Shown: positions 1 through 11,742 of the stretch, one piece after another | Layout of the letters: each line of letters begins with the position of its first letter | How positions within the stretch are numbered: position 1 is the first letter of the stretch | Assembly: GCA_013239625.1 (NCBI GenBank) | Contig: MU053758.1 | Coordinates: forward strand, 186,001 to 250,000 | Source: Lama guanicoe | Taxonomy: Eukaryota | Direction of reading: 5' to 3' | DNA length: 64,000 nucleotides | Notes under the pieces: model-generated | What the model was told of the DNA's origin: nothing | Seen by the model: the letters and a program-made list of their open reading frames with translations, nothing else | Databases searched by the model: none | Translations under genes and position numbers: made by a program

Positions 1-3000
1 GAACCCAATTAAAGGAGAAAAATTATTCCAGTAGGTGCAGACAAATTACCTGATAAAATTCAATATTCATTCATAATAAAAATTCTCAGCAAGGGAACAG
101 AAAATAGAAATTAGAAACGGAAACCTTTTTAGCAACAGAAATGGAAGGAAAGAAGGAAACTTTCTCACCCTGATACACCTATACATTCCTACACAGCAAA
201 CATAAATGGTGTAACATTAGAATATTCTTCTTAAAGTTAGGAAGAGTCAGAAGTGCCGGCTCCCACTGCTACTATCTAACACTGTATCAGAGACTTTAGC
301 AAAACGCAATAAAACAAGAAAAAGAAACAAATTCTAAGAATTGGAAAGGAAGAGACAAAAATCATTATTTGTTCAAAAGACTCTATATATTAAAAAGAAA
401 TCACTAGAATAAGTGCAGAAAGGATGCTGTTTGTAAGCTCGACATTCAAAAGTCACTACTGTCCTACATACTAACAACAACCAATTAAACTGTAGAAGAA
501 AAAGATCCAATTTATAAAAACAATAAGAAGTACAAGGTACCTAAGACTAAATCCAATAAAATGTGCAATTCCTTTACAAATAAACTTAAAAAATAAATTA
601 TTGGAGAACCTATGAGGAGACCATGGCATGGAGACTATAACATGGAGACATATACTGGATTCATGGCTGGGAATATTCAATTTCATAAAGTTGTCAGTTC
701 ATTTCTAATTAATCTACAAATCATATGAAATGCTCATCAATCATGAGCTGATGTTAAAATTCTAAGGAAACAGAAAAGGCCAAGAAGTGCTAAGAAAATT
801 TTGCTAGATGAAAATTTTGCTAATCATCCTGAAGTATGGAATTTCTCCCCATTGGCTATAGAACCCGTTATAAATTGTATTGAAATGTTGTGGACCAAGC
901 CCAAGATAAAAGATCGAGGCAACCATAAAAAGCCTGAGTTCAGACCCCCCGCATGCATGAAACAGGGTGTGTGAGGGGCTGGCAGTACCAGTCAGAGGAG
1001 GTTGGACCACTTGGTATGTGCTTGTGGGATAGGATGCTCTCTGTATACAAAAAATTAGGTCCCCATCACATGTCACACAGAAGCATAACTTCTAGGTGGG
1101 TTAAATACCTAAATATGAGAACCAAGCATGTACAGCTTTTGAAAAAAAAATACAAGAGAATATCTTTATGGCTCCAATGTAGGGAAAATTTTCTTGAACA
1201 AGGAACAAAAAGCAAAAGCTAGAAAGACAACAATGAATCAATCTTGTTAAAGGATAAAGCCTTTAAAAATTGTTTATGTATCTATTCTTTTTAAGATTCT
1301 TTTCCATTATAGGTTATTACAAGATAGTGACTCTAGTTCCCAAAGGATAAAGTTTGGTAACAACAAAAGATCCCAGAAACAAATCAAAAGACAAGCCATG
1401 GACTGACAAAAGGTCAGAAACTAGAACTTCATGCTGTAGTGTGATAACTTTTCATGAAAAGTTCAAAGGTTTGTTAAACCACACTGTGTGCACGCAGTGT
1501 AGGAACCGAAATCTACACTGTAAATGTACGAAAATAGGGAAAAGAAAGATCGTGGCTCCTGGAAGAAGGGAGGAGAATTAGATCGTGGAGATTTCCACTG
1601 TATCTGTAACACTGTATCTTCAGAACAAATCTGAGGCCAAAAGGAGGTTTTTGTGAATTTCTTGTACTTATCTTTCATTTTTGAGATAGTTATGATGTTA
1701 AGCAAATACTTTAAATATCCTCCTCAAATATCCTTTTCCATAGATATTTAATGCTATTACTTTTAAATGACAGTTTATATTTTGAATAGAATCTATTTGA
1801 ATAGATTACATTTTTAATGTATATTAAATCTGATATTCCACAAAATGTCAACTGGTTCAAAATTCTATATATTGAAAGTAATGCCATGAAAATCTCCCCA
1901 TCCCTGTCCCCAGCTACTTGGTTCTTCTCTAGGAGGTTACCAATGTTTCCAAATTCTTGTTTATTTTTCCATAATCAAGCAATTATGTACATATGCTTTT
2001 CTTCCCCCACTCTTTCTTTTTACAGAAACTATAGCTTACTCTTCACTCTTTTCTGTACCTTGCTTACATCCTGGAAAGCATTCTGTATCAGGATAAAAAA
2101 GTCTTCCTCCTCCTCCCTCCTTCTGAATGCCACTGTGATTATACGGATTTAACCAGTGCCTCCCACTTTTAAGGTTTTTGTCATTGCAAACAATGCTGCA
2201 ATAAATATCCTCAAACAAATGTCATTTCACACAGATATAAGCATCTGAAGGATAATTTCTAGAAGTGGGATTGCTAGCCCAAAGGGCACACATATTTAAA
2301 ATGTTGACAGATATTGCTAACTTGCTCCAGAAAGGTGATGCCAATTTACATTCCCATCGGCAGTTTGTAAGAATGTTGCCCGACTCCTTGTCCAATGCTT
2401 TTTGATTTGAATGTAGTTTTCATTTGTACTTTTCTTAGTGTGAAATTGAGCATACATTTTACTGGCTAAAAGCACTGTTGAATTTAACTTTTTGTGAATT
2501 GGCTTATTCTTTTCTTACTGACGTTCTTATTGACTCACACGGCTCCTAAGTAAAATTAGACCTTTGGCTTTGACGTATGTTGAAGACATTTTTTTCCCCA
2601 TTTTGTCCTTTGTCATTTGACTTTGCATATGGCAGGTTTCTGTCATAAAAACATTAAAGCTTGTTATGTATTTTATGTCTTTAGTCTTTTTCTTGTAGCC
2701 TCTGGGTTGTGTGTCATATTTAGAAAAGTCTTACACTGTAAAGTTATTTTTAAACTCCATATGTTCTTCTAGTACTTAAAAAATTAGATATTTGCTCTAT
2801 TTGGAATTTATCTTGGTATGAGCTGTGAGATAGATTCAACTTGTTATCTGCCACGCAGCTACACAGTTATCCCATGTGATTTCTTGAATAATCCACCATT
2901 TCCCCCTTTAATTTGAAAAGCTACCTTTATCACATGGTAAAATTCTAATATGTATATTACTAGACTTCTAATTTTAGTCCATTGATATAGCTATTCATGC

Positions 3001-3050
3001 ACCAGTACCACTGTTTTCACAATTATTACTTACTAAAATGTTATAATCCA
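1..3050. mobile_element. Ancient L1 ORF2/3' remnants, plus (1-~1700) and minus (~1750-3050)
   Basis: Highly degenerate A-rich then T-rich L1-like motifs with no intact ORF. Confidence 0.65.
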
Positions 3051-3284
3051 TTAGGTTTTTTTTTTCCCAAAATAAGCACAGCCATACAATGAATTAAACA
3101 TGACTAAGCAGTATTAGGAGAGTATATTCTAGCATTTTTTCCCTCAAAACAAAGCTTGGTAACAGGAATCCTATCAGAGCTTTCTTTTCATCGATTCCTG
3201 TCCCCCATCTCAAAGGGGATCCCCTCTGAATCTCACCAATCGCCCACAGGACCCATCCTGGAGCCCCAGGGACAAGGGCCTTAC

Positions 3285-3371
3285 CTGGTCCAGGGTCATA
3301 TAACTTTGGTATGACAGGATGGCGGATGGTCACCGGAAACTTGGCCACTGAGGACTGGGACTTCAGACTCA
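3285..3371 (-). CDS. B4GALNT2: B4GALNT2 exon 7 (gene continues left of the window)
   Basis: tccctctag|TG AGT CTG...GGA CCA G|gtaagg; 87 nt; encodes SLKSQSSVAKFPVTIRHPVIPKLYDPGP. Confidence 0.96.
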
Positions 3372-4368
3372 CTAGAGGGAGAAACAAGGAAAGGGTGGGC
3401 ATACTGCGTCTGGGTCACTCTCCACGCTGCCCTGGAAGTCAACATGATGGGGGAATGAAGGATTGGTGGGACAAGACTAAGGACCACATAGAGTCCTAAC
3501 CTGCTGTGTGTCCCTGGGGCAACCTGCTGATTGCCTCCGAAACTCACATCTCTTCCCCATGAGAATCTTGGGGGTGAAGTGGGCTTGCAATCAGAGGGGT
3601 GGATTAAGTTTGACTTTGCCATTTATTAACTGAAATACCTTGGGTAGATCATTCTGTCTCCTTCTCCGTCTATAAAACCAGGATAATACTACCTGCCCTA
3701 TTTTACCTCATGGGGTCATTTTGTGATAAGAGATGTTGCCAAATCTGAAGGTGGAGAGAATTCTCTCTCTAGTTTGTGTTCCTGGGTAATCTGTCCCACA
3801 TGTCATCTTTTCTGCTTTATCTCCTGGAAATGCATCCTGTGTTGCTGATCAAAATGGAAAAGGGTGACTTTAATTCATCTAGAAAGGAACTGGGGCTGCC
3901 CTGAGGGTGGCAGGAATTGTTCTCCCAGGCATTCTGGGGGTGGGAGTGGGGACTGGGATGGGAGGAGGAAGACAAAGCCACTGGCCTTGGGACTGACAGT
4001 TCCCCTACATCGTTCTTCCCTGTTAGTGTCCAGGACAAGATACTGATGCACAGACTGTGCCCTCCCTCCCCTTCCACAGCTGAAGTCTTCAGCTTTGATT
4101 GGCAGAGAACTAGGGAAGAGAACTCGATGGTTTCTAGGTGCACAGCATGAATGATCTGTCCTCATAGAGAGACGAGCAGGGACTTCACCCCTCGAGTCTC
4201 TATGGGGTCATGGGGATAGTATTGGGAAGTTAGGTGTCTAGGGTTAGAAACAGGAGCCCAGGAGGGATCTTAAATGCAGGCAGGCTTCCTGGAAGATGAA
4301 GACTTTGATAGCCCGGTGTTGTTTTTCTGGGTCCCTAAGCATTTTACCAACCAAGGACAGGCTCTCAC

Positions 4369-4549
4369 CCACATCCACCCTGTGGTGCTGGTACTCCGTG
4401 CTGGTGTATGTCATATGCTGGAGGATGAAATTCAAGAGCTTCCGGTTACTGGTTGAAATGGTCAGCTGCTTCTGGCCTCTGCCCTGCACCACGCTGTCTG
4501 GGATGTCAGCGAGGGTGTTCAGTGTCCCCAGAGAAGCTGTCAGGGTGAC
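4369..4549 (-). CDS. B4GALNT2: B4GALNT2 exon 6
   Basis: ccgccctag|GTC ACC...GAT GTG G|gtgaga; 181 nt; encodes VTLTASLGTLNTLADIPDSVVQGRGQKQLTISTSNRKLLNFILQHMTYTSTEYQHHRVDV. Confidence 0.96.
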
Positions 4550-5236
4550 CTAGGGCGGATGCAGTAGAAAGACTAAATGCAAAGAAAGGCACATACCCAG
4601 GATGACCAGCAGTGGGCAGAGCGCATAAGGATGAGAGAAGACCTATGGGTGACCCTGAAAGCTAGGGTCTGGCTCTGCCAGAGTTGCTGCCCTAGCCCCA
4701 CAAAGGAGAATCAAGCCCTCAGATCTGGTCTGTTCAAGGGCCACTTCTTGAAATATCCTTAACTCTTGGCTTGCAGGATAGCATTCTTAAAGATTCCTTC
4801 TTACCCCTGCTGGCTGCTCCTTCTGACTTCCATCTGCAGACTCCACCTCCTCTTCTATCTAACCTCCAAAGAGAGCTTTTCAGGGCGTGGTTCTGCATCC
4901 TTTTCCCTTACTCTACACCTTTTCACTAGAGGAGGCAGCTCTAAATACCATTCATAAGCTGGTGGTTTTAAAATGAAACTCTCCAGAGGGATAGATTAGG
5001 AGTTTGGGATTAACAGATACACATTACTAAATATAAAATCTATAAACAAGGACCTATTGTGCAGCACAGGGAACTATATTCAATTTCTTGTAATGAGCTG
5101 TAATGGAAAAGAATCTGAAACAAATATATATGTATGTATATGTATAACTGAATTGCTTTGCTGTACATTTGAAACTAACATTGGAAATCGACTACATGTC
5201 AATAAAAAATAAGAAATACAAATAAATAAATAAATA

Positions 5237-5295
<59 letters not shown>
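5237..5295 (+). repeat. (AGAT)n microsatellite in the tail of an L1 3' fragment (~4986-5236)
   Basis: About 14 perfect tetranucleotide units. Confidence 0.97.
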
Positions 5296-5296
<1 letters not shown>

Positions 5297-6471
5297 AATC
5301 TAAGTCTCCAGCTCCTATCTTTCTGAGATCCAGCTGCCTGGCTGGCTGCTCTGCTAGGAAGTTTCACAAGCAACTCAAATTGCTATATTCAAAAGTGAAT
5401 GATTGATTTTTTTTCTCTATAGATCTGTTTTCTACCCCATGCCTGGCTCTTCCTGCCTTGTGAATGGTGCCCTCACCCACTGAGCCGTTCAAGTCCCCAG
5501 CGGAAGTCATTCCTGCTCTGCTCTTCCCCCGACACCCACAGCCAATCCAGGACGAGTCCTGGCGGCTCCACCTTCCACAGGGAGCTAGAATCGTCTGCTT
5601 CTCTCCCGCCCCCTGGCGTCTCCCTAACGCGACTCTCTTCCCTTGCTTTCTTGTCTTCTGCAACAGCCAGTTATCTTTAGGAAACGTAAACTGGATCATG
5701 TCATTCCAATTAGTCAGTTGACAGTTTTTGAGATCTAAATTACAAGCACTGGGAACAGAGCAGTGAATAAGACAGACTCCCTGCCTTCAGGAAGCTTATA
5801 TTGTAGTGAGGAAGCTCAGTGCTAAGCAGATCATGATACATCTAAAGTAATTCAGGTACCTTAGGGCCGTGAAGAAGGTAACACAGAATAGAAAGAAACT
5901 GACAGGAGCTGGGGGCCATGGTTCAGGGGACAGAGGCAGCCTCTGGAGGACAGAGCAGCTTTGCAGGTTTGCTCACTCACTACCCACTCCAACGGCAGCT
6001 GGCACGCAGAAGTGGGAAAACCAAAATGACAGTTCCCAGACTCCTTTTTAGTTGGGGTTCTGGATGTGATTTAAACCCCACCCACCAGATACACTTGCAT
6101 GAGACACTGATTTGGAGCTACGTTAGGCGGGGACAGAAGGGCAGGGCACAGAGTATCTGCCTTGCTGGTGCTGACCTGATGGAGCCATCGCAGCCTGGCT
6201 GGGGCAGTAGCGTCCTCTTGCAGCAGAAGTGGCAGGACCCATGGTGCCCCAGATCTTTGAAAGTCCTACCTGGAACTCTAGCCATGCCATGACTGGAAAA
6301 ATCATGCCTTCAAGGCACCCTTCCCCCCTCCCCGCCTTGGACTCATGTCTAATATTTAATCAGGATAGGGGTTAGTCAAAATCTGAGGCCAGCCACCACT
6401 GATCGGGGGAAGAGAGCATGGACAGCGAGCCCAGGACAAGATGCAAAAGGGTCTGGGAAGGGAACTCTTGC

Positions 6472-6509
6472 CTCATAGGTGGGAGCATCTGGTCCTTCAA
6501 ACTGGAGAC
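6472..6509 (-). CDS. B4GALNT2: B4GALNT2 exon 5 (38-nt exon with GC donor)
   Basis: tttttccag|GT CTC CAG TTT GAA GGA CCA GAT GCT CCC ACC TAT GAG|gcaaga; encodes LQFEGPDAPTYE; phases 1 and 0 match the neighbouring exons. Confidence 0.92.
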
Positions 6510-7685
6510 CTGGAAAAAGGACAAAAACACCATGTGAGAGGATGTCCAGGGCTCCCTGATGCCCACACCTTCATGGCAGACTCCTACACAACCCTCCAGA
6601 GTCCCTTCAAGTGTCACCTCCTATCCAGGGTGTTTTCTGACCACTCCTCTCTGCCCAGGGCTCTGTTAGATGGTATCCCATGGTCCTTCTCAAACTCCAG
6701 TGGTTCTAAGGCCTCTGATGCCCGCCCTCAGTTTTGTATAGGTGCTGTAAATCAATACAGTCCCTTCCAGATATCTCTGTTACTGAAGGAAAGGAAGCAA
6801 TAGATAAATAATGAATCAGCCTTATATGAGTTTCCTAGAATAGGAAAATTCTACTCAAATTCATATTGACAGAAAGTAGAATGGTGGTTGCCAGGGGCTG
6901 GGTGGGAAAGAGAGTTCATGTTAAATGGGTACAGAGTTTCAGTTGGGAGGATGAAAAAGTTCTAGGATGGATGCTGGTGATGGCTGCAGAACAATGTGAA
7001 CGTACATAATGCACCGAACTATATACACTTAAAAATGGTGAAAATGGTAAAATTATGTTATGTATATTTGATCACATTAAAAAGAGAATTATCCAAAATG
7101 GCAAATCATTTTCTAAATGACTCTTCAAAAACACTAGCAAGTCATCCCAAATGTTCTTACTTTAGAATCTATCTCTGTTCTTATGACTAATTCAAGTTCT
7201 AATTCAAAAAGATCTTCCCATATGGCCTTAGAGAACTTACTACACTCCTCTGTGAAAAGAATATTTACCTCACAGGGATGTGATGCTGACCTAGAGGAGT
7301 GTGTGAAATTCCCTCGTGGAGGTGAATTTTAACTGACATAAATACTCTTTTCAATAACGCACTCCCTGGAGTTGGACTCATGCTTTGCCTGCTCCCATGA
7401 TGCTGGAAGACACCAAAAAGCCAATTAGGTCCTAAGATTCCTTGAGGCAGACAGATTTCTGTCCTCTTCTATGTTATCTTGGATGCCCAGGGAGGTCACA
7501 GCTACTAAGGATGATTCCCAGTGGTGGAAACAGTGAAACTAACATTGAAATCACATCAAGATTCATGCATTGTGCTGGGTACACAGCAGGTACTGAGTGA
7601 ATGATTGTTCCCTTCTCCTCCCACCTTTTGCTTAAGAGGGAATAGGAAGGTTGCCTGGGTGCTCTCCAGATGCAAATGTACCTAC

Positions 7686-7792
7686 CTGGGATGGGAACCG
7701 TGTGCAGAGGCATCACTTCCACCCCGTGGACCGGGTACCCAAAGGGGAGGTTGGGCTGAGCCAGCAGGGGTGGTGGGCGAGGAAGCCCTTCT
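7686..7792 (-). CDS. B4GALNT2: B4GALNT2 exon 4
   Basis: ccctgcag|A GAA GGG...ATC CCA G|gtaggt; 107 nt; encodes EGLPRPPPLLAQPNLPFGYPVHGVEVMPLHTVPIPG. Confidence 0.96.
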
Positions 7793-9082
7793 CTGCAGGG
7801 AAACAAAACCATTAGCAGCTGCCTTGACGCTTGTCCCTGGTTAGTTCTTAAAGTGATGTCTGTGCGCAGAGCTTTGTGCTGCCAATGGGGAGAAATCAAA
7901 AGGAGGTTGACCTAATGTGCCCTCCATTTTCTCCCAGTCCTTTATTCTAGCCCCTCCATCCAATCAAGGCAGATTATAGCAAAACACATTAAAAATTAAA
8001 ATCACAACTGGCAAAAAAGAAGAAACAAAATAATCAGATTGTGTGGGCCAAACCAGCTGCAGCAGCTGAATGCCAAAGTGACATCTGAACTTCCTGGTAG
8101 CCAGGGTATAAAGTGATTGATTATCAGCATGCTGGTCTTATTATCACAGGGACAAAGCAGACCCACTCTTGAAGGCAGGTAAAACTTTTCCTGGCACTGG
8201 ACTTAAAAAAAAAAAAAGTAGGAGCGGATGTTGCCTCAGTATTTTTAGAGCAAACACAAGTGATTTTCAGATGGTTTTGTCGCTGAGACCACCTTCAGTC
8301 ACAGGCATAACACAATCCCCTGAGACTGATTATTTGAGGGACTAAGATAACATGGTTGACACGAAGGCTTCAGGGACCCAGCTTAACCAAGGAAATCATT
8401 TTGATTACTTGGGAGAAAGGTTAAACTACCAAAGTATTTATGTGAACATGAAAAAGACAAAATTTAAAAATGGAAAGGAACATAGACAATTAACAGAAGA
8501 GGAAACACAAATGGCTAATAAATATATGAAACATGCTCAGCTTCAATATTAAGCAGGGAAATGTAACTTTAAAAAACAATGAAAAAAAACCTGATAACTT
8601 CCCCTTAAAGTTTTAAAATTTGATGACAGCGAGTGCTGATTAGGTAGGGGTAATATGTGAGGTACTATACTTACCCACTCTTCATGAAAGCCTGAATTAA
8701 CACAGGCTCTCTTGAGGGCAATGTGGCAGTATTTATTAAAAGCAGAAATAAACATTTCCTGACAGCAATTCAGGTGCTAGGCAAGGGGAGAAACACTTGG
8801 CGTGCGTCAACAGTAAGCCATGTGTAAGGAGGTTTGTTTCAGTGTTGTTTGAAATGAACATCCTTACACATATCTCAATGAAATAAGGAAAGAATGTAAG
8901 TAATAATGTAATATTATTATGATAAATTATGTGAATGTAATAATGAAAAAGTTACAAAGATCTGAGTATCTTTCAATAAGGGAATGGCTTTAAAAAATTC
9001 AGTGTATTCATATTCATAGCTGTATAGCAATTAAAAGGAATGAACTAGATGTATAGATCACTCTTAAAAACCTATCACTGAG

Positions 9083-10060
9083 GCTTCTGATGCCACCTAT
9101 GTGCTCGTTCGGTGCAGACCTGGTACCTCTTTTGCGAAGCGGCAGCTGAGGAGACTCCAACGCTTGCATGACTTGCGTGATGGACAAAACGCCCAAGGAA
9201 GGAGTCAATTCTGAGAACAGTGATCATGTGGATGTGAAGGGGGTGGGTGGAATGGTTCTGTCATGCAATTTAAGATGAAGAGGCGCACACCACTTAGCAA
9301 ACAGGTGGAAGTCTATGTGAACAGGGGCGTTTGTCTATGAGGCAGGGCCAATTCAGATTTGACGGGCAGCCAATCAGGGAGACAGACACACCTGCACAGG
9401 TGGAAATGGAGGATGGAGATACCACTCACGTGTCCCAGTGGCAGACAGGAAGTGTCCACTAGAAAATGAAACCTGCTACTTTGTTCCTCCAGACCAAGGA
9501 GACATTCTCAGTCAGAAAACCGCAATTTGGTTCTAACCACATCCTGACTAACTACAGTATCATTTTCTTAATTCTTTCATTTCCCCCTTCCCTTTTGTTA
9601 TGCATAAAGTGACTGATGTATGTGCACACGCACACAGCATTTTCTAAACTAAACGGTCAATAGTATGTTTCGCTCGACATCAAATGGAGATGGGATGGGG
9701 AAAATGCCGATTCTGTGAAAATGCCCCCTTCTCTGTTCACTCACCTCTTGTTCTTATATTCATTAAGTAATTTTACTTCCACTGTTCAACAACAACAACA
9801 AAAGAACAAGATAAAAAACCGTGCATACTTTGTTCTACTGGAGAACTTTAATGTTGTCCATTTATCACTATAAAACCAAGGACATTTTTATAACTTTTTT
9901 GTACATAGCTGTTACAATGTAGGGCGATCTGTATTTAGGTAGGGATAAATTACTCGAAAAGAAGTCAATCCAGGATAGTTTTTCCTTCAAGTTAAGCGTC
10001 TTGTTTTTGTTTTTTTTTTAAACATTATGTTGTTTAAATAAACTTTGTTTAAATGAAAAA
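9083..10060 (+). pseudogene. SUMO2 processed pseudogene
   Basis: Intronless degenerate SUMO2/3 frame at ~9177-9462 (PKEGVNSENSDHVDVK...[12 protein letters not shown]...[24 protein letters not shown]) with two 1-nt frameshifts. It has SUMO2-like 5' and 3' UTRs and ends in AATAAA plus an A-rich tail. Confidence 0.9.
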
Positions 10061-10313
10061 CAAAGCCCATATCTTTGAATGAAAAAAGCAAATTTCAGAA
10101 TTATTTGTTCTTTTGGTACCAACTACATTAAAAATATACACACAAAACCCCAGTAGTATATGTTTATATGAATATATACACACACATAAACGTATGAGTG
10201 ATTATGTGTGTTCACCTGAGTGTGTAACAGTATAAAGAACAGTATAGAATAAAATCTCCCTGCTACTTAGTACCCCTCATCATCTCCCACAGAAGAATCA
10301 CTGCTTGCTGTTA

Positions 10314-10379
10314 CCAAGAAGTTGGAGAGTTGTCACCAAGAAGTTGGAGATTTGTCTCCAAGAAGTTGGAGAGTTGTCT
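10314..10379 (+). repeat. 22-bp tandem repeat, 3 copies
   Basis: CCAAGAAGTTGGAGA(G/T)TTGTC(A/T) repeated three times. Confidence 0.95.
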
Positions 10380-11742
10380 TATTCCCCTAGGTGAGCTGAG
10401 ACAGGAAAACTTTGGGGAACCACTGACCTCAGCCAAATTTGTACTTACTGAGCTGAGAGAAGTGGGTTTCTAGCCTGAAGATGCCAAATGAAACTCAGAG
10501 GAAAAGAGCATGTGAAACAGTGAATGAGGAAACAATCCCTGATTGGTGTGCTTTCCAAAGAGCAGGGCTAGGAAGATCCGGGGTAGGGTCATGCTTAGGC
10601 CCGGGGAGGGTTGGTGTCCAGGCTTCTGGCCTGAGGACCGGCCAGTCCCTCTCAGCTGATACCTCTGGGATGTGGTACCCAACCTGTGATAGTCTGGCTT
10701 ACACCTACCTGTACTGCCAGGTTAAAAACCCAGGTCTAAGTCCTGTCCATCCCACAAGTTCCAGACCTGCCCCATCCCAGCAAGAAGCCACTCGACTGTC
10801 AACAGTGTGCAAAGGAACAGAGTGAGCTGGCAGATGGAGTTTGTACATATGAGTGTAGTTTATCCAGAATGTAATTACAACAGAGCTGGCTGGGGGGGGT
10901 TCCCTTAGACTGGAGGGGGAAATGTGAACATCTGGAGCCCCTGACGGACTGGGTGAGGAGCAGGATCGTCCTTCCTGAGAGCATGGGGGGCTGAGTAGCA
11001 AAAAACTTTCCCCGGAGCTGGGCCTCTTGGATACCCCTAAATTGGTAGCTAGCACGTCAGCCATTGAATGTGGGTGTCTCAGTGACTCGCCCAGCCCACT
11101 GTCCACTGGACAGTTTGGACACTTTGTGTGAAAGGGGCTTGCAAGGCAAAATCTTGCTCACTCACTTGCCCCCCCAACCAGGGACACACAGCCACTGGTA
11201 TTCATGTGTAATAGTGGGTGCAGGAGCTATCTTGTACTAAATTGTTGGATCTATAGGAAATTTGCAAGCCACCTATTACCTATAGCCATTAACAAAAATT
11301 AAATCATATACACTTAAAATTAAATATAATGAGAACAAAGGTGGTAAACACTCAAAACTTACCACTTCCTAATTATTTTACTACCTCTTCCTATGATCTC
11401 TGCTTCTGAGGTAATTTTCATCTATTGCATCTGTATGGTGGAGATACTACGTAACTGGAATTCAGTTATCACTATGTCAGTAGGCTGAAATCAGCCACAG
11501 TGTGATTATTAAAAAAAGCCATAGAAATTGGCAAACCCTCCAAGCCATTATCAAAAGCCCATTGTTTTGTTTTGTTTTAACTGAAGTATAGTCAGTTACA
11601 TTGCATCAATTTCTGGAGTACAGCATAATGTCACAGTCACGCATATATATACATATATTCATTTTCATATACTTTTTCATTAAAGGTTATTACAAGATGT
11701 TGAATATAGTTCTTTGTGCTATACAGAAGAAATTTGTTTTTT

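Noticed and set aside
10314..10379. CRISPR-like array
   Set aside because: The repeats are contiguous with no spacers, and the context is mammalian.
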